A DNA stretch of 64,000 bases, taken from sequence record MN342150; one strand, written 5' to 3'. The stretch's first letter is position 1. Every line of letters starts with the position of its first letter. This DNA is from Escherichia phage vB_EcoM_3HA11. Made by a program: the position numbers and the translations under genes. The notes beneath the pieces were generated by a model. The model saw only the letters and a list, made by a program, of their open reading frames with translations, had not been told where the DNA came from and searched no databases. Shown here one piece after another: positions 37,468 through 47,460 of the stretch.

Positions 37468-38085
37468 ATGGGCAAAATCTTTATACCTTCTCATTCGGAA
37501 GGTTGTCAAATCGCTGCAAAATTTCTACACAAACAAATGAATTGTGGTGCTGTGTTCGTAGAACCAAATTCATTCGATAATCGTGAATCCCCTGACGCCA
37601 TCGGGTTCAGACCTGGGGGTTGTTCTATATTAATGGAAGTGAAAGTTTCTCGTTCTGATTTCCTAACCGATAAAAAGAAACCACACAGAATGGATCCTTC
37701 AACAGGAATGGGGGCATACCGATTTTATGTTTGTCCTGCTGATGTGATCAAAGTTGAAGATCTCCCACCAAAGTGGGGATTATTATATTTCACTCCTCGG
37801 AAATCATTGAAGCCCGTTCACGTTCCGAATATGCAATATTCTTCGTTATCTTCTCCGGAACATTATGCAAAATATTTGTCCACAGCATTAGGCAAAAAGC
37901 GGTCGACAGATATTCCTCCTTACCTGTTAGGATATAAGCAGATGTTGGAAGAATTCGCCCACTTTGAACGAAATCAAGTCGCAGAGCAGAATATTCTATA
38001 TGGTGCATGGAGACAGCTTTGCATAGCTCAAAGTCGCGGTGTAAATTATAATGTGACAGAAGTATTCCAAAGGCCAAATATCTGA
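37468..38085 (+). CDS. hypothetical protein, possible PD-(D/E)XK nuclease fold
   Basis: PDAIGFRPGGCSILMEVKVSRSDF contains a D ... E-V-K arrangement; weak. Confidence 0.4.
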   Translation: MGKIFIPSHSEGCQIAAKFLHKQMNCGAVFVEPNSFDNRESPDAIGFRPGGCSILMEVKVSRSDFLTDKKKPHRMDPSTGMGAYRFYVCPADVIKVEDLPPKWGLLYFTPRKSLKPVHVPNMQYSSLSSPEHYAKYLSTALGKKRSTDIPPYLLGYKQMLEEFAHFERNQVAEQNILYGAWRQLCIAQSRGVNYNVTEVFQRPNI

Positions 38086-39149
38086 TGAAATTCTTAGACG
38101 AACAATACATCAATTTCCTCGCCCCTCGGCTTGACAAGTTCAGCTGGGAACGCGTAGGCGCTGTCGCCAAGTTCCGTTGCCCTCTATGCGGGGACTCTAA
38201 GAAGAGTGCCAACAAACGTCGTGGTCACTTCTTTTATGATCGCGATGAAGATGTGTTTCGTTTTAAGTGTCACAACTGCAACGAGATGAGTGGTTGGTCG
38301 TTTGAGTTTTGGTTGAAGAAGTTTGATGAAAGATTGTACAACGAATATAATCTTGAAAAATTCAGAATCATGGGGGACACCAATTCACGCCCCCTACAAA
38401 AACTCAAGCCATTACAGCGCCTCACCCAAACAGCGCGTATCGGCTCCCAAGTTGCCAAAAGAGATGAAGAGCATCTCGGCAACATGATACGATTAGATTT
38501 ACTTGATCGTGACCATATTGCTCGTCGTTACGTGGAAGGCAGGGGAATGCCGGAGAGCGCGTTATCTCTTTTGTATTACAGCAAGAACTTCCGCAAGGAT
38601 CTTTTGAATTTTGAAACAGACGTTGAAAAACAGAAGAAGATCCCTGAAGATGAACGGTTGGTTATCCCATTCTGGACTCAAGACGGTCGCATGAAGATCG
38701 TTCAGGGGCGCGCATTCGGTGATAACCTTCCTGATAATGTGTTGCGGTACGCCACTGTCAAGCCCAAAAACGAGGATACTAAAATCTATGGGGAAGAGCG
38801 CATCATATGGAATAAGACCAAATTGGTCGTTGAAGGTCCAATTGATAGCCTGTTCCTCCCGAATTGTTTAGCAACTGCGGATGCTGACCTTCTGAGCGCC
38901 AAGGGGGATATCTATATCCCTGACAACCAATATCGAAACAAACAAGTTTGTGATGGTATACAGAAAATGATAGACAGCGGAGTCAAAGTCGTTCTGTTCC
39001 CGCCAGAAATTCCATGGAAGGATATCAACGATATGGTTCGCCCCGACAAGGGAAATATCCCGATACGTGATCTGCTTCAGATCATAGCCAAGAACGTATA
39101 TCAGGGGATGTCGGCGTCCTTACGATTTTCTGACTTGAGGAAGATATGA
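38085..39149 (+). CDS. 61: DNA primase gp61 (zinc ribbon + Toprim)
   Basis: KFRCPLCGDSKKSANKRRGHF ... CHNCN zinc ribbon; Toprim motifs LVVEGPIDSLF and DNQ; C-terminal region like T4 gp61. Confidence 0.85.
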   Translation: MKFLDEQYINFLAPRLDKFSWERVGAVAKFRCPLCGDSKKSANKRRGHFFYDRDEDVFRFKCHNCNEMSGWSFEFWLKKFDERLYNEYNLEKFRIMGDTNSRPLQKLKPLQRLTQTARIGSQVAKRDEEHLGNMIRLDLLDRDHIARRYVEGRGMPESALSLLYYSKNFRKDLLNFETDVEKQKKIPEDERLVIPFWTQDGRMKIVQGRAFGDNLPDNVLRYATVKPKNEDTKIYGEERIIWNKTKLVVEGPIDSLFLPNCLATADADLLSAKGDIYIPDNQYRNKQVCDGIQKMIDSGVKVVLFPPEIPWKDINDMVRPDKGNIPIRDLLQIIAKNVYQGMSASLRFSDLRKI

Positions 39150-39355
39150 TGGATTTGAAAGAACTGAATAGTATGGACGATGAAGAGATTCTTCGTGGGT
39201 ATATGCAAGCCCGTGAAGGATATGTCCTATCTGGCTTAGAATCTAAGAGTTTCATCCATGGTTGGAGGAACGGAATGGTGGACTTCGGTGGTTGTCCTAT
39301 CACTGAAGAACAAATGAATTTGGCTCGCCAGTATTTGAAAAAGAAGCCGACCTAA
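39146..39355 (+). CDS. hypothetical protein (69 aa)
   Basis: ATGA overlap with the primase gene. Confidence 0.45.
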   Translation: MMDLKELNSMDDEEILRGYMQAREGYVLSGLESKSFIHGWRNGMVDFGGCPITEEQMNLARQYLKKKPT

Positions 39356-39383
39356 AACTTTTTAACTCAAAAACCTTCTCTCT

Positions 39384-39413
39384 AGGCCTCATTCTACGAG
39401 GCCTTTTAAAATA
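39384..39413 (+). terminator. rho-independent terminator
   Basis: AGGCCTCattctacGAGGCCTTTTAAAA. Confidence 0.6.
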
Positions 39414-39447
39414 CTTCAAAAATAATTTAAAAATTTATTGAAAAAGA

Positions 39448-39477
39448 CTTTACTCTTCAATAATCATGCACTATTAT
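39448..39477 (+). promoter_or_regulatory. early sigma70-type promoter (CTTTAC-N18-TATTAT)
   Basis: Same -35 context (CTTTACTCTTCAATAA) as the promoter at 32643. Confidence 0.5.
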
Positions 39478-39554
39478 AGTTCACATAGGGCGGTACACAA
39501 CACCCCGCCGAATGAAAAGTGAAACGACCCAACTACATTATGAGGAATTACATC

Positions 39555-40043
39555 ATGGCTACTACCAAAACTCTGATCACCAACGGCACCATCTCTTTTG
39601 AACTGAACACCGAAGTTGCAAAAGTTGAAATGTTCCGCATCGCGCAGGCAGCTGGCTTCACTGGTGGCAAAACTTCCTTCATGAATCTGCTGAACGGCAA
39701 AGTGAAAGCAACCAACGGTTTCACCCTGGTAGAGCAGGTTGTCGTAGACAAAGCCGTGGTTGCCAAGACTGCTGACAAGGTTGGCATGCTGAAAGGCCTG
39801 GGTCATGATATCCACGTCGTTGAAGCCAACACAGAGACCTACGGCACAATCGTAACAGAAAAAGGCCGTGTGCAACTGAACCCTCTTAACAACGGCACCT
39901 TCTCGGTAATGGTCTTCCCTAAAAAGGGCTATGCCAACGACGACATCGTCAAGGCGGCGGGCGGCGAAGCGAAGTCCCAGTATGTCAAGATGGGCAAGCT
40001 GAGCGCCGACGCAGTAGAAACTCTGGTGAACAAACTGGCTTAA
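39555..40043 (+). CDS. hypothetical protein (163 aa), monocistronic early gene
   Basis: SD GAGGA; lies between its own promoter and terminator; Ala/Val/Lys-rich. Alternative start 39540. Confidence 0.55.
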   Translation: MATTKTLITNGTISFELNTEVAKVEMFRIAQAAGFTGGKTSFMNLLNGKVKATNGFTLVEQVVVDKAVVAKTADKVGMLKGLGHDIHVVEANTETYGTIVTEKGRVQLNPLNNGTFSVMVFPKKGYANDDIVKAAGGEAKSQYVKMGKLSADAVETLVNKLA

Positions 40044-40047
40044 TTGA

Positions 40048-40074
40048 AAGGGGGAGGTTTCTCCCCTCTTTTTC
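40048..40074 (+). terminator. rho-independent terminator
   Basis: AGGGGGAGgtttCTCCCCTCTTTTTC. Confidence 0.65.
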
Positions 40075-40098
40075 AAAGTTTTGGTGGGAGAATGATAC

Positions 40099-40287
40099 AT
40101 GAGTAGAGCAATTATCCAAGCCTCTCCTGGCGCTCTATGGGTTGCCGACCGAATTCCCAACGCGCACTTTCCTCAGTTCCAGGAGGAACTGGAACAAGCA
40201 ATGTTGAAAATATTTGAAAAATATGGGTATGATTCCGAAGTTAGGATTTCCTTCAAAGAAATCATGCCTGTCGTCGTAGTCAGATAA
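40099..40287 (+). CDS. small hypothetical protein (62 aa)
   Basis: RBS GGGAGAA. Confidence 0.4.
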   Translation: MSRAIIQASPGALWVADRIPNAHFPQFQEELEQAMLKIFEKYGYDSEVRISFKEIMPVVVVR

Positions 40288-40318
40288 TCGACACTAAATC
40301 CTCAAGTTCGACTTTCAC

Positions 40319-40326
40319 TTTAAATA
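40319..40326 (+). promoter_or_regulatory. late-promoter-like box TTTAAATA
   Basis: One mismatch from TATAAATA, about 30 nt upstream of the endolysin ATG. Confidence 0.3.
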
Positions 40327-40356
40327 CCTTCGCATACATTGCGGAGGTATTTTCTT

Positions 40357-41151
40357 ATGGCCATTCTAAAACTTGGCAACCGAGGTTCTGAAGTCAAAGC
40401 GCTTCAACAAAGCCTCAACAAAATCGGTTTCTCCCTTACAGCCGATGGCATATTTGGTAAAGCAACAGAGAATGCTGTCAAATCCGTTCAGGCAGGTGCT
40501 GGATTGGTTATTGATGGTATTGCTGGGCCAAAGACCTTCTATGCTATCCGCAACTCTGGAGACGCTCATCAGGAACATCTGACCGAAGCGGACTTGGTTG
40601 ACGCAGCACGTGAACTTGGTGTTGAGCTGGCCAGTATGAAAGCTGTGAATCAGGTAGAATCCCGTGGCACGGGTTTTACCAAAACCGGCAAGATCAAAAC
40701 TCTGTTTGAGCGCCACATCATGTACAAAAAGGTGACGGCCAAATTCGGACAAGCAAGAGCCAATGCTCTGTACCAACTCTACCCAACATTGGTTAACCCC
40801 AATTCTGGCGGGTATATCGGCGGAGACGCGGAGTTGGAACGCCTTCAGGGTGCAATCGCCCTTGACGAGGACTGCGCTTACGAGAGTGCTTCCTACGGCC
40901 TATTCCAGATCATGGGGTTCAACTGCCAAATCTGTGGATATCCAAATGCCAAAGAGATGTTCACTGATTTCCTGACTGGTGAACGCGCTCATCTTCTGGC
41001 ATTTGTCAAGTTCATCAAGGCTGATGCCAATATGTGGAAAGCCCTGAAGAACAAGAATTGGGCCGAGTTTGCTCGTCGGTACAATGGTCCGGCATATGCG
41101 AAAAACCAGTATGATACTAAACTGGCGGCAGCATACAAGAGTTTCTGTTAA
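40357..41151 (+). CDS. endolysin: peptidoglycan-binding domain + N-acetylmuramidase-like catalytic domain
   Basis: RBS GGAGG. N-terminal LKLGNRGSEVKALQQSLNKIGF ... DGIFGKATENAVKSVQ is a PG_binding_1 repeat; C-terminal region (LFQIMGFN, YNGPAYAKNQYDTKL) resembles the muramidase family. Confidence 0.7.
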   Translation: MAILKLGNRGSEVKALQQSLNKIGFSLTADGIFGKATENAVKSVQAGAGLVIDGIAGPKTFYAIRNSGDAHQEHLTEADLVDAARELGVELASMKAVNQVESRGTGFTKTGKIKTLFERHIMYKKVTAKFGQARANALYQLYPTLVNPNSGGYIGGDAELERLQGAIALDEDCAYESASYGLFQIMGFNCQICGYPNAKEMFTDFLTGERAHLLAFVKFIKADANMWKALKNKNWAEFARRYNGPAYAKNQYDTKLAAAYKSFC

Positions 41152-41152
41152 C

Positions 41153-41180
41153 AAAAGGCCGGAAACGGCCTTTTTCTTTA
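41153..41180 (+). terminator. rho-independent terminator
   Basis: AAAGGCCGgaaaCGGCCTTTTTCTTT. Confidence 0.65.
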
Positions 41181-41256
41181 TCTAACATACAGGTATGCTG
41201 GGCACGTCGCTTAATTAAAGGTGTCGACAACCCCTGTAGATATAGGAAGGTTCAAC

Positions 41257-42096
41257 ATGCAATCTGCGTCTAAAGTTGTATCCATGAAGCCAGCGAAGAC
41301 AAAATCTGCTCGTAAGAAAGACACCATCCAGAAGGAAGAAGACTGGATGAAGTTTTCCAAAGGCGATTTCAAAATTGCTCCGTTCAATGGCCTCTCAGAA
41401 AATCAGAACCTCGCATATCAATCCGCATTAAACGAACACCTCACTATCGCTATCGGTCCGGCAGGTACAGGCAAATCCTATTGTGGTGCGTCCGCTGCTG
41501 CCAAGCATCTGATTGACAAAACCATCAACAAGATTATCATCACGCGTTCTCCTTTACCGACCGGAACCACAGCGGGGTTCCGGCCTGGTGACACATATGA
41601 AAAGCTGATGCCTTATTTGATGCCGCTCATACAGACATTCAAAAAGGTTCTCAAAACAGATACGGGTTCCGACGGTTTCTTCAACTATCTGTGGGAGAAA
41701 CGGATCATAGAAATTCAAGACCTTGAAACTGTAAAGGGAATGACCTTCGATGATTGTTTTCTGATTATCGAAGAGGCGCAGGAATGCGATATGGAGCAGC
41801 TGAAGAACTTACTGACCCGTGCTTCAGATTCTTCGTACATCTTCGTGAATGGAGATATCAAACAGTCTAACAAGCGACTGCGTGATAGTGCGTTACAGAC
41901 GTATGTGGATTCCTTTAAAGACTTCAACAACAAGCTGGAAACATATTCCTTGCAAATTGACGGTGTAGAAATCGGAGATGAATATCCAGAGTGGGTTCAA
42001 CCATTCAGCATCATCGAATTCGATAAGTCTGATCGTAATGGACGCGGTAACTTCACCCGCCTGATGTTAGAAATTAACGACCTGTACAACATTTAA
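41257..42096 (+). CDS. phoH: PhoH-like ATPase
   Basis: RBS AGGAAGG; Walker A GPAGTGKS and Walker B-like FLIIEEAQ in PhoH-type arrangement. Confidence 0.7.
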   Translation: MQSASKVVSMKPAKTKSARKKDTIQKEEDWMKFSKGDFKIAPFNGLSENQNLAYQSALNEHLTIAIGPAGTGKSYCGASAAAKHLIDKTINKIIITRSPLPTGTTAGFRPGDTYEKLMPYLMPLIQTFKKVLKTDTGSDGFFNYLWEKRIIEIQDLETVKGMTFDDCFLIIEEAQECDMEQLKNLLTRASDSSYIFVNGDIKQSNKRLRDSALQTYVDSFKDFNNKLETYSLQIDGVEIGDEYPEWVQPFSIIEFDKSDRNGRGNFTRLMLEINDLYNI

Positions 42097-42181
42097 ATAC
42101 CACACGAACTTCCCCGTCGCCTTCAATCCATGGAGGCGACGTATAATAACAGCCTGCATTAACACAAACCAAGGAACCGTT

Positions 42182-44464
42182 ATGATTAACATCATTAAAC
42201 GGGACGGATCTTCTGTCCCCTTTGACATTGAAAAACTCCACACTGTTCTTGAACGTGCCTGTGAAGGATTAGAAGGAGTTTCGGTGTCTGAGGTGGAAGC
42301 AGCATCGAAGATTCAGTTCACAGACAATATGAAAACCGAACGCATTCAGGATATTATCATCCAAGCGGCGGCTACATTGATTTCTGTAGAAAAACCCAAC
42401 TACCAATATGTTGCTGCCCGTCTGAAATCGTATGACCTGCGAAAAGTCGTCTATGGGCGATACAAGCCACCTCACTTGCTTGATATATTCGCTAAAAACA
42501 TCAAGCAGGGCGTTTATGATCGTGAATTCCTCGAACTCTATACGAAAGAAGAATTTGAAGAACTGAACACGGTCATCAATCACAAACGCGACAAGAATTT
42601 TACTTGGGCGGCTATGGGCCAGCTCACGCAAAAATATCTTTTGCGCGATCGCTCAGCAGACAGCAAAGTGTATTACGAAACGCCTCAAGTCATGTATATG
42701 GCGATAGCGATGGCTCTGTTCTCTGCATGGGATAAAGAAACCCGCCTGACGATGGTGAAGAAATTTTATGAATACGCCAGTACAGGTAAATTCAGTCTTC
42801 CAACACCCATCATGTCCGGCGTTCGTACCCCAACCCGCCAATTCAGTTCTTGTGTTCTTATCAAAACCGGTGACACTTTGGACTCAATCAATGCTACAGC
42901 CAAAAGTATTGTTGATTATGTATCCAAACGCGCTGGGATCGGATTTGATGTCGGAGCAATTCGCGGCATCGGTAGCCCTATCCGAAAAGGCGAAATGGTG
43001 CACACAGGCCTGGTTCCTTTCATCAAATATCTGACTGGGGCATTAAAGTCTTGCTCTCAAGGCGGTATTCGTGGCGGATCAGCAACTTGCTATATCCCTA
43101 TCTGGCATTATCAATTTGATGATGTTGTGGTCCTGAAGAATAACCGTGGTCTTGAAGAGAACCGTGAACGCCGTATCGACTATGGTATTCAGATCAACCG
43201 CGTCATGTTCGAACGTCTGGTGAACAAACAACCCCTGTATTTGTTCGATCCGAAAGACAACCGCGATATGTACGAAGCGTTTTTCGCAGATGTCGATAAG
43301 TTCCGTACCCTGTACGACAACATGGTCAAAGCTGCTGATGCTGGTTTGGTTCGTGCCAAGAAGATGAATGCGGAAGAAGTATTCCAGATGTTGTTGGATC
43401 AGCGTTCAGATACAGGCCGCATCTACATCGCGTTTGTCGACCACATGAACCAGTACAGTCCATTCAATCTAGACACAATCTATAGTTCTAATCTGTGTCT
43501 GGAGATTGCGCTTCCTACTCGTGAATTCCAACAGTACGACGATGAAGAAGGTCGGATCGCTCTGTGTACTTTGGCCTCTTTTAACCTGACGGCGTTTGAA
43601 GACCCGACAGAAATGGAAGACGTTGCATATGTCTTGGTTTCGGCTTTGGATATGCTGCTGGAATACCAAGATTATCCAGCACGTCAAGCCCGTCTGGCTG
43701 TGGAAGAATATCGTCCTCTGGGTATCGGTGTCGTCAACGTTGCACATTTCTTCGCCAAGAACTTCACGGGGTATGGATCTCCTGTTGGGTTAGAACTCCT
43801 GGACAAGTGGATGGCGCACCTGCATTTCTATCTGGTAAAGGCTTCGAATCGTCTGGCCATGAAGTTTGGGGCATGTAAGAAGGAAACCATTCATCGTTCT
43901 GGTAAGATAACAGCCGACCTTCAACCGTTGCCGCTGGATATCCTCCCCAATGGTAAAAAGCCGGAAGGTATGGCATACGGCCTTGACTGGGACGGTTTGA
44001 AAGACTCTCTGCGTTGCCATGGTATCCGCAATGCTACTCTCTTGGCGATAGCACCAACTGAAAGCTCCTCTCAGGTGCTGAACGCCACGAATGGTATAGA
44101 GCCACCCAAAGGCCTCATCAGTATCAAAGGCAGCAAGGATGGCGTTTACAAGCAGATCGTTCCGGACGTTGAAACCCTTGGTCCTCTATATGACCTGAAA
44201 TGGAATCTGTCTTGTATCGACTATTTGAAAACAGCGGCGGTCGCCCAGCGTTGGGTAGACCAATCCATCAGCGTTAATACACATTATGATCCAGAGAAAT
44301 TCCCAGACGGGAAGATCCCGCGCTCTCTCATGATGCAGGATATTCTGTCTTTCTACATGTGGGGTGGTAAAACTCTGTATTACAACACCAACAAAGACTC
44401 TAAGGAAGATGAAGAGTTGAAACAAATTGAAGATCCGAATCACTGTGACACCTGTGTTGTCTGA
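42182..44464 (+). CDS. nrdA: ribonucleotide reductase class Ia large subunit
   Basis: 760 aa; N-terminal ATP-cone-like region, active-site NLCLEI, C-terminal cysteine pair (CDTC). Confidence 0.9.
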   Translation: MINIIKRDGSSVPFDIEKLHTVLERACEGLEGVSVSEVEAASKIQFTDNMKTERIQDIIIQAAATLISVEKPNYQYVAARLKSYDLRKVVYGRYKPPHLLDIFAKNIKQGVYDREFLELYTKEEFEELNTVINHKRDKNFTWAAMGQLTQKYLLRDRSADSKVYYETPQVMYMAIAMALFSAWDKETRLTMVKKFYEYASTGKFSLPTPIMSGVRTPTRQFSSCVLIKTGDTLDSINATAKSIVDYVSKRAGIGFDVGAIRGIGSPIRKGEMVHTGLVPFIKYLTGALKSCSQGGIRGGSATCYIPIWHYQFDDVVVLKNNRGLEENRERRIDYGIQINRVMFERLVNKQPLYLFDPKDNRDMYEAFFADVDKFRTLYDNMVKAADAGLVRAKKMNAEEVFQMLLDQRSDTGRIYIAFVDHMNQYSPFNLDTIYSSNLCLEIALPTREFQQYDDEEGRIALCTLASFNLTAFEDPTEMEDVAYVLVSALDMLLEYQDYPARQARLAVEEYRPLGIGVVNVAHFFAKNFTGYGSPVGLELLDKWMAHLHFYLVKASNRLAMKFGACKKETIHRSGKITADLQPLPLDILPNGKKPEGMAYGLDWDGLKDSLRCHGIRNATLLAIAPTESSSQVLNATNGIEPPKGLISIKGSKDGVYKQIVPDVETLGPLYDLKWNLSCIDYLKTAAVAQRWVDQSISVNTHYDPEKFPDGKIPRSLMMQDILSFYMWGGKTLYYNTNKDSKEDEELKQIEDPNHCDTCVV

Positions 44465-44534
44465 TTAGGTCTATACCACACAATCGTTTAATATCAGGGG
44501 TGATTCGTCACCCCTTATTCATCAGGAAAGAAAC

Positions 44535-45638
44535 ATGAACGAACAAAAGCAATTCTCAGTATTCGATCCATCTTCAAATAATACAGGACTGCCATTCTTT
44601 GGCGACCCTGTAAGTATCCAGCGTTATGACAAAGTGGCTTGGCCTTTTGTTCAAAAATGGTATGAAAAAGGCCTCAGCCAATTCTGGCGTCCGGAAGAAG
44701 TGGATGTCACCAAAGACAAAGCGGACTTTGCCACGCTCTCCGCAGCAGAACAACACATCTACTTCAGCAACCTGAAACGCCAAACCATGCTGGACTCTAT
44801 TCAGGGCGCTGCTCCGTTCGAAGCGTTTGGCCCGTGGGCATCAACACCAGAAGCGCAATTTGCTATTCTGGAATGGACGCGCCAAGAAGCCATCCACTCA
44901 CTATCTTACACGCATATCCTTCGTAACACAGTGAATGATCCTGGTATCGTTTTTGACCATGTTCTGGACGTTCAGGAGATCGTAGATTGCGCCGGACAGA
45001 TCAGCGTATACTACGACGACATGGTGCGTTACAGCGGGATGCGTATGGCTGGACGCGCGTTCACCCGTGAAGACATCATGAACGCCAAGCGTGCATTCTG
45101 GCGTGCTCTGTTTGCTGCCAACTCCCTCGAAGGCGTCCGTTTCTATGTTTCATTTGCGTGTTCTTGGGCATTCATGCAATTCCTCAACAAAATGGAAGGC
45201 AATGCCAAGATTATTCGCCAGATCGCTCGTGACGAGCAAGATCACCTCATTCTGACACAGACTTTCCTGAATCGTCTTCCGTTGTTAGACCCTGATTTTG
45301 GTATCATCCGTGAAGAACTGCGTGGCGAAATGACCCAGATGTATGTGGATGTGGTCAACCAAGAGAAAGAGTGGGCGAACTATCTGTTCAAAGACGGATC
45401 CATGCTGGGTCTGAACGCAAATATCTTACACCAAATGGTTGATTGGCTAGCAACACATCGTATGGGCGCGATTGGCCACCCGTACCCTGGGCAAGCCCGT
45501 AAAGACAATCCGGTTCCATGGATAAATGAGTGGCTAGATAATAAAACAATGCAATACGCATTACAGGAAGCGGAAGCCCCTGATTATCTGACTGGTGTCC
45601 TTACTGGATCAGTCTCCGACGGTCTGAAATTTGTTTAA
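44535..45638 (+). CDS. nrdB: ribonucleotide reductase class Ia small subunit
   Basis: 367 aa directly downstream of nrdA; di-iron/tyrosyl-radical protein signature residues (E/H ligands). Confidence 0.85.
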   Translation: MNEQKQFSVFDPSSNNTGLPFFGDPVSIQRYDKVAWPFVQKWYEKGLSQFWRPEEVDVTKDKADFATLSAAEQHIYFSNLKRQTMLDSIQGAAPFEAFGPWASTPEAQFAILEWTRQEAIHSLSYTHILRNTVNDPGIVFDHVLDVQEIVDCAGQISVYYDDMVRYSGMRMAGRAFTREDIMNAKRAFWRALFAANSLEGVRFYVSFACSWAFMQFLNKMEGNAKIIRQIARDEQDHLILTQTFLNRLPLLDPDFGIIREELRGEMTQMYVDVVNQEKEWANYLFKDGSMLGLNANILHQMVDWLATHRMGAIGHPYPGQARKDNPVPWINEWLDNKTMQYALQEAEAPDYLTGVLTGSVSDGLKFV

Positions 45639-45647
45639 AGGTGAGAA

Positions 45648-45872
45648 ATGATTACGATCTATTCCAAACAAGGTTGTGCGCAGTGTTTACAAGCCGAAAA
45701 CATCTGCCGCATTCGCGGTATTGAACACCAAATTCTGAAGCTAGACAAAGACTACAAGCTGGAAGAATTACAGAAAATCACTGGTAAGCAACGCATGTCT
45801 ATGCCCGTGATTGTTCTGGCTGACCAAACCGTGACCGACGTTACTGGACTCGCCGCAAGTTTGAAACGCTGA
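45648..45872 (+). CDS. glutaredoxin-like redoxin (NrdH/NrdC-like)
   Basis: 74 aa with CAQC active-site motif immediately after nrdB. Confidence 0.7.
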   Translation: MITIYSKQGCAQCLQAENICRIRGIEHQILKLDKDYKLEELQKITGKQRMSMPVIVLADQTVTDVTGLAASLKR

Positions 45873-45880
45873 TCTTTCAA

Positions 45881-45908
45881 AGCCCCTGATCTAGGGGCTT
45901 TACTTTTG
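45881..45908 (+). terminator. stem-loop/terminator (part of a PeSL-like cassette)
   Basis: AGCCCCTGatctaGGGGCTTTACTTTTG, overlapping the -35 of the next promoter. Confidence 0.55.
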
Positions 45909-45927
45909 AAACCTTTCCGCCTATACT
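45898..45927 (+). promoter_or_regulatory. early sigma70-type promoter (CTTTAC-N18-TATACT)
   Basis: T4-early-like -35 with a -10-like hexamer, about 50 nt upstream of the 45979 ATG. Confidence 0.45.
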
Positions 45928-45957
45928 TCCCAGTAATTCATTGGCAAACGCCACAAA

Positions 45958-45978
45958 TTGAATAGCAGGAACTATATC
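45958..45978 (+). promoter_or_regulatory. conserved 5' leader motif TTGAATAGCAGGAACTATATC(ATG)
   Basis: Third copy of the leader motif. Confidence 0.5.
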
Positions 45979-46212
45979 ATGACCAACTCTGAAATATATC
46001 ATGCTTCTATGCATTATCACGACCTACGCGCCCGTCCAGGACACGCCAAACAAAAAGCATTCTGGGTGGCAGAACTCAGATTACGCCGTGCTGTCGTTAA
46101 CCACCAAATAATCATGAATCGGAAAAACGACAAATCACCGTTGTTGGCAGATTCTTATCTTGAACTCCGCACAGCCTATGAACAAGCCAAACAGCACGTA
46201 ATAGGAGCATAA
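45979..46212 (+). CDS. hypothetical protein (77 aa)
   Basis: ORF with SD AGGAA inside the conserved leader. Confidence 0.5.
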   Translation: MTNSEIYHASMHYHDLRARPGHAKQKAFWVAELRLRRAVVNHQIIMNRKNDKSPLLADSYLELRTAYEQAKQHVIGA

Positions 46213-46213
46213 T

Positions 46214-46675
46214 ATGTCCAACAAATTACTCACCAACCCCCGCCACAACTTTGGTTATATCCAATTACCAGAAGTGATAGACACGTTGTTTGCTGAAGAC
46301 AAGGAAGAAGTTTGTTGGGCACCAGCGACCCTTATTGAACGCGAAATTTTCAAATCTGAAGTAGACGTGATGTTCCGCATCGGTTCATCCGGAGACCTTC
46401 ATTATTTGGGGAAAGTGACCGAGTTAAAGACCTGCCATGCTCAAAGATTTTTGCGCATTGACACCACTCAATGTGAAGACATTTCATTTAGCATTCTGCG
46501 TGAATATGTTCAGGTCAACCGTCCTGTGTATCAGCACCGTCCTTATTTGACGTCGATGCACATAGACAATTATATTTCCGACATTCATTTACGTGCATCA
46601 ACTATCCATGAAGAAGATTCTGGTATCGCGGTTGATACAGTACTCAATATGATCGTCATTACTTTGGTGCCGTGA
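46214..46675 (+). CDS. hypothetical protein (153 aa)
   Basis: Tightly packed ORF; no recognisable domain. Confidence 0.5.
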   Translation: MSNKLLTNPRHNFGYIQLPEVIDTLFAEDKEEVCWAPATLIEREIFKSEVDVMFRIGSSGDLHYLGKVTELKTCHAQRFLRIDTTQCEDISFSILREYVQVNRPVYQHRPYLTSMHIDNYISDIHLRASTIHEEDSGIAVDTVLNMIVITLVP

Positions 46676-46676
46676 T

Positions 46677-47015
46677 ATGTACAAATTCCCGATATTCGAA
46701 ACAGTGTACTCTGTTCACAAAAAGGAAGGTCCATTATTTGAAAATTTGGATATTCTGTTAAAGGAAAAAGTCCGTATCCCTCTGGTTCTAAAGGGAAAGC
46801 AAATAGGATATAGCCATGACTGCCAAATAATGCGTTCTGAAGGCACCGACGTCTTACGCATCCGTCTAACATTTGTGTTGACGGGGAGACTAGATGGTGT
46901 GGTGGTTAACCTAAAGCCAACCACCATAGTCCACAGAACGGGTGGGAAAATATTATATCGTTTATTAACTCATTTTGAGTTGGTGACAAAATGCTCTGCC
47001 ACGGACGTTCTTTAA
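46677..47015 (+). CDS. hypothetical protein (112 aa)
   Basis: ORF; no recognisable domain. Confidence 0.45.
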   Translation: MYKFPIFETVYSVHKKEGPLFENLDILLKEKVRIPLVLKGKQIGYSHDCQIMRSEGTDVLRIRLTFVLTGRLDGVVVNLKPTTIVHRTGGKILYRLLTHFELVTKCSATDVL

Positions 47016-47396
47016 TCAATTTGTCCGTTTCAACCATATCGTGTCTGTTATCGGCTCTGGGTTGTTGACCACATAGAACGTGATGGTTACGCCCAGAGAA
47101 TGATAATCGTCAGACAATGACACATCAACTGATTGTATCTCCGCTCTCGGTTCAAATAAAGCAATCGCGTCTTCAACTTTGTTTTTAACATCAACCTGAA
47201 TTGTGGGATTCGTATTTTCCCCCAGCATGGTATACAGCCCAGCCCCGATACTTGGGTATGTCGGCCAATCCCCAACTGTTGTCATCACGATATTTCGTAC
47301 GGATTGCAACACGGCATAGACACCTGTTTTCTTTGTGACATCTTTGGTGACCGGATGCATGCCAAACTTCAGGTCAATGTCCTTGTACTCTTTCAT
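47016..47396 (-). CDS. 25: baseplate wedge protein gp25-like (GPW/gp25 family)
   Basis: ATG 47396 with SD AAGGGG (the track start at 47429 is GTG). YKDIDLKF ... VRNIVMTTVGDWPTYPSIGAGL ... EPRAEIQSVDV ... ITFYVVNNPEP parallels T4 gp25. Confidence 0.75.
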   Translation of the reverse strand: MKEYKDIDLKFGMHPVTKDVTKKTGVYAVLQSVRNIVMTTVGDWPTYPSIGAGLYTMLGENTNPTIQVDVKNKVEDAIALFEPRAEIQSVDVSLSDDYHSLGVTITFYVVNNPEPITDTIWLKRTN

Positions 47397-47460
47397 GTTA
47401 ATCCCCTTTGGATATTGCCTCTCCGGCACGAGAGGGCATTATCTACCCTCGCCAGTGTAA

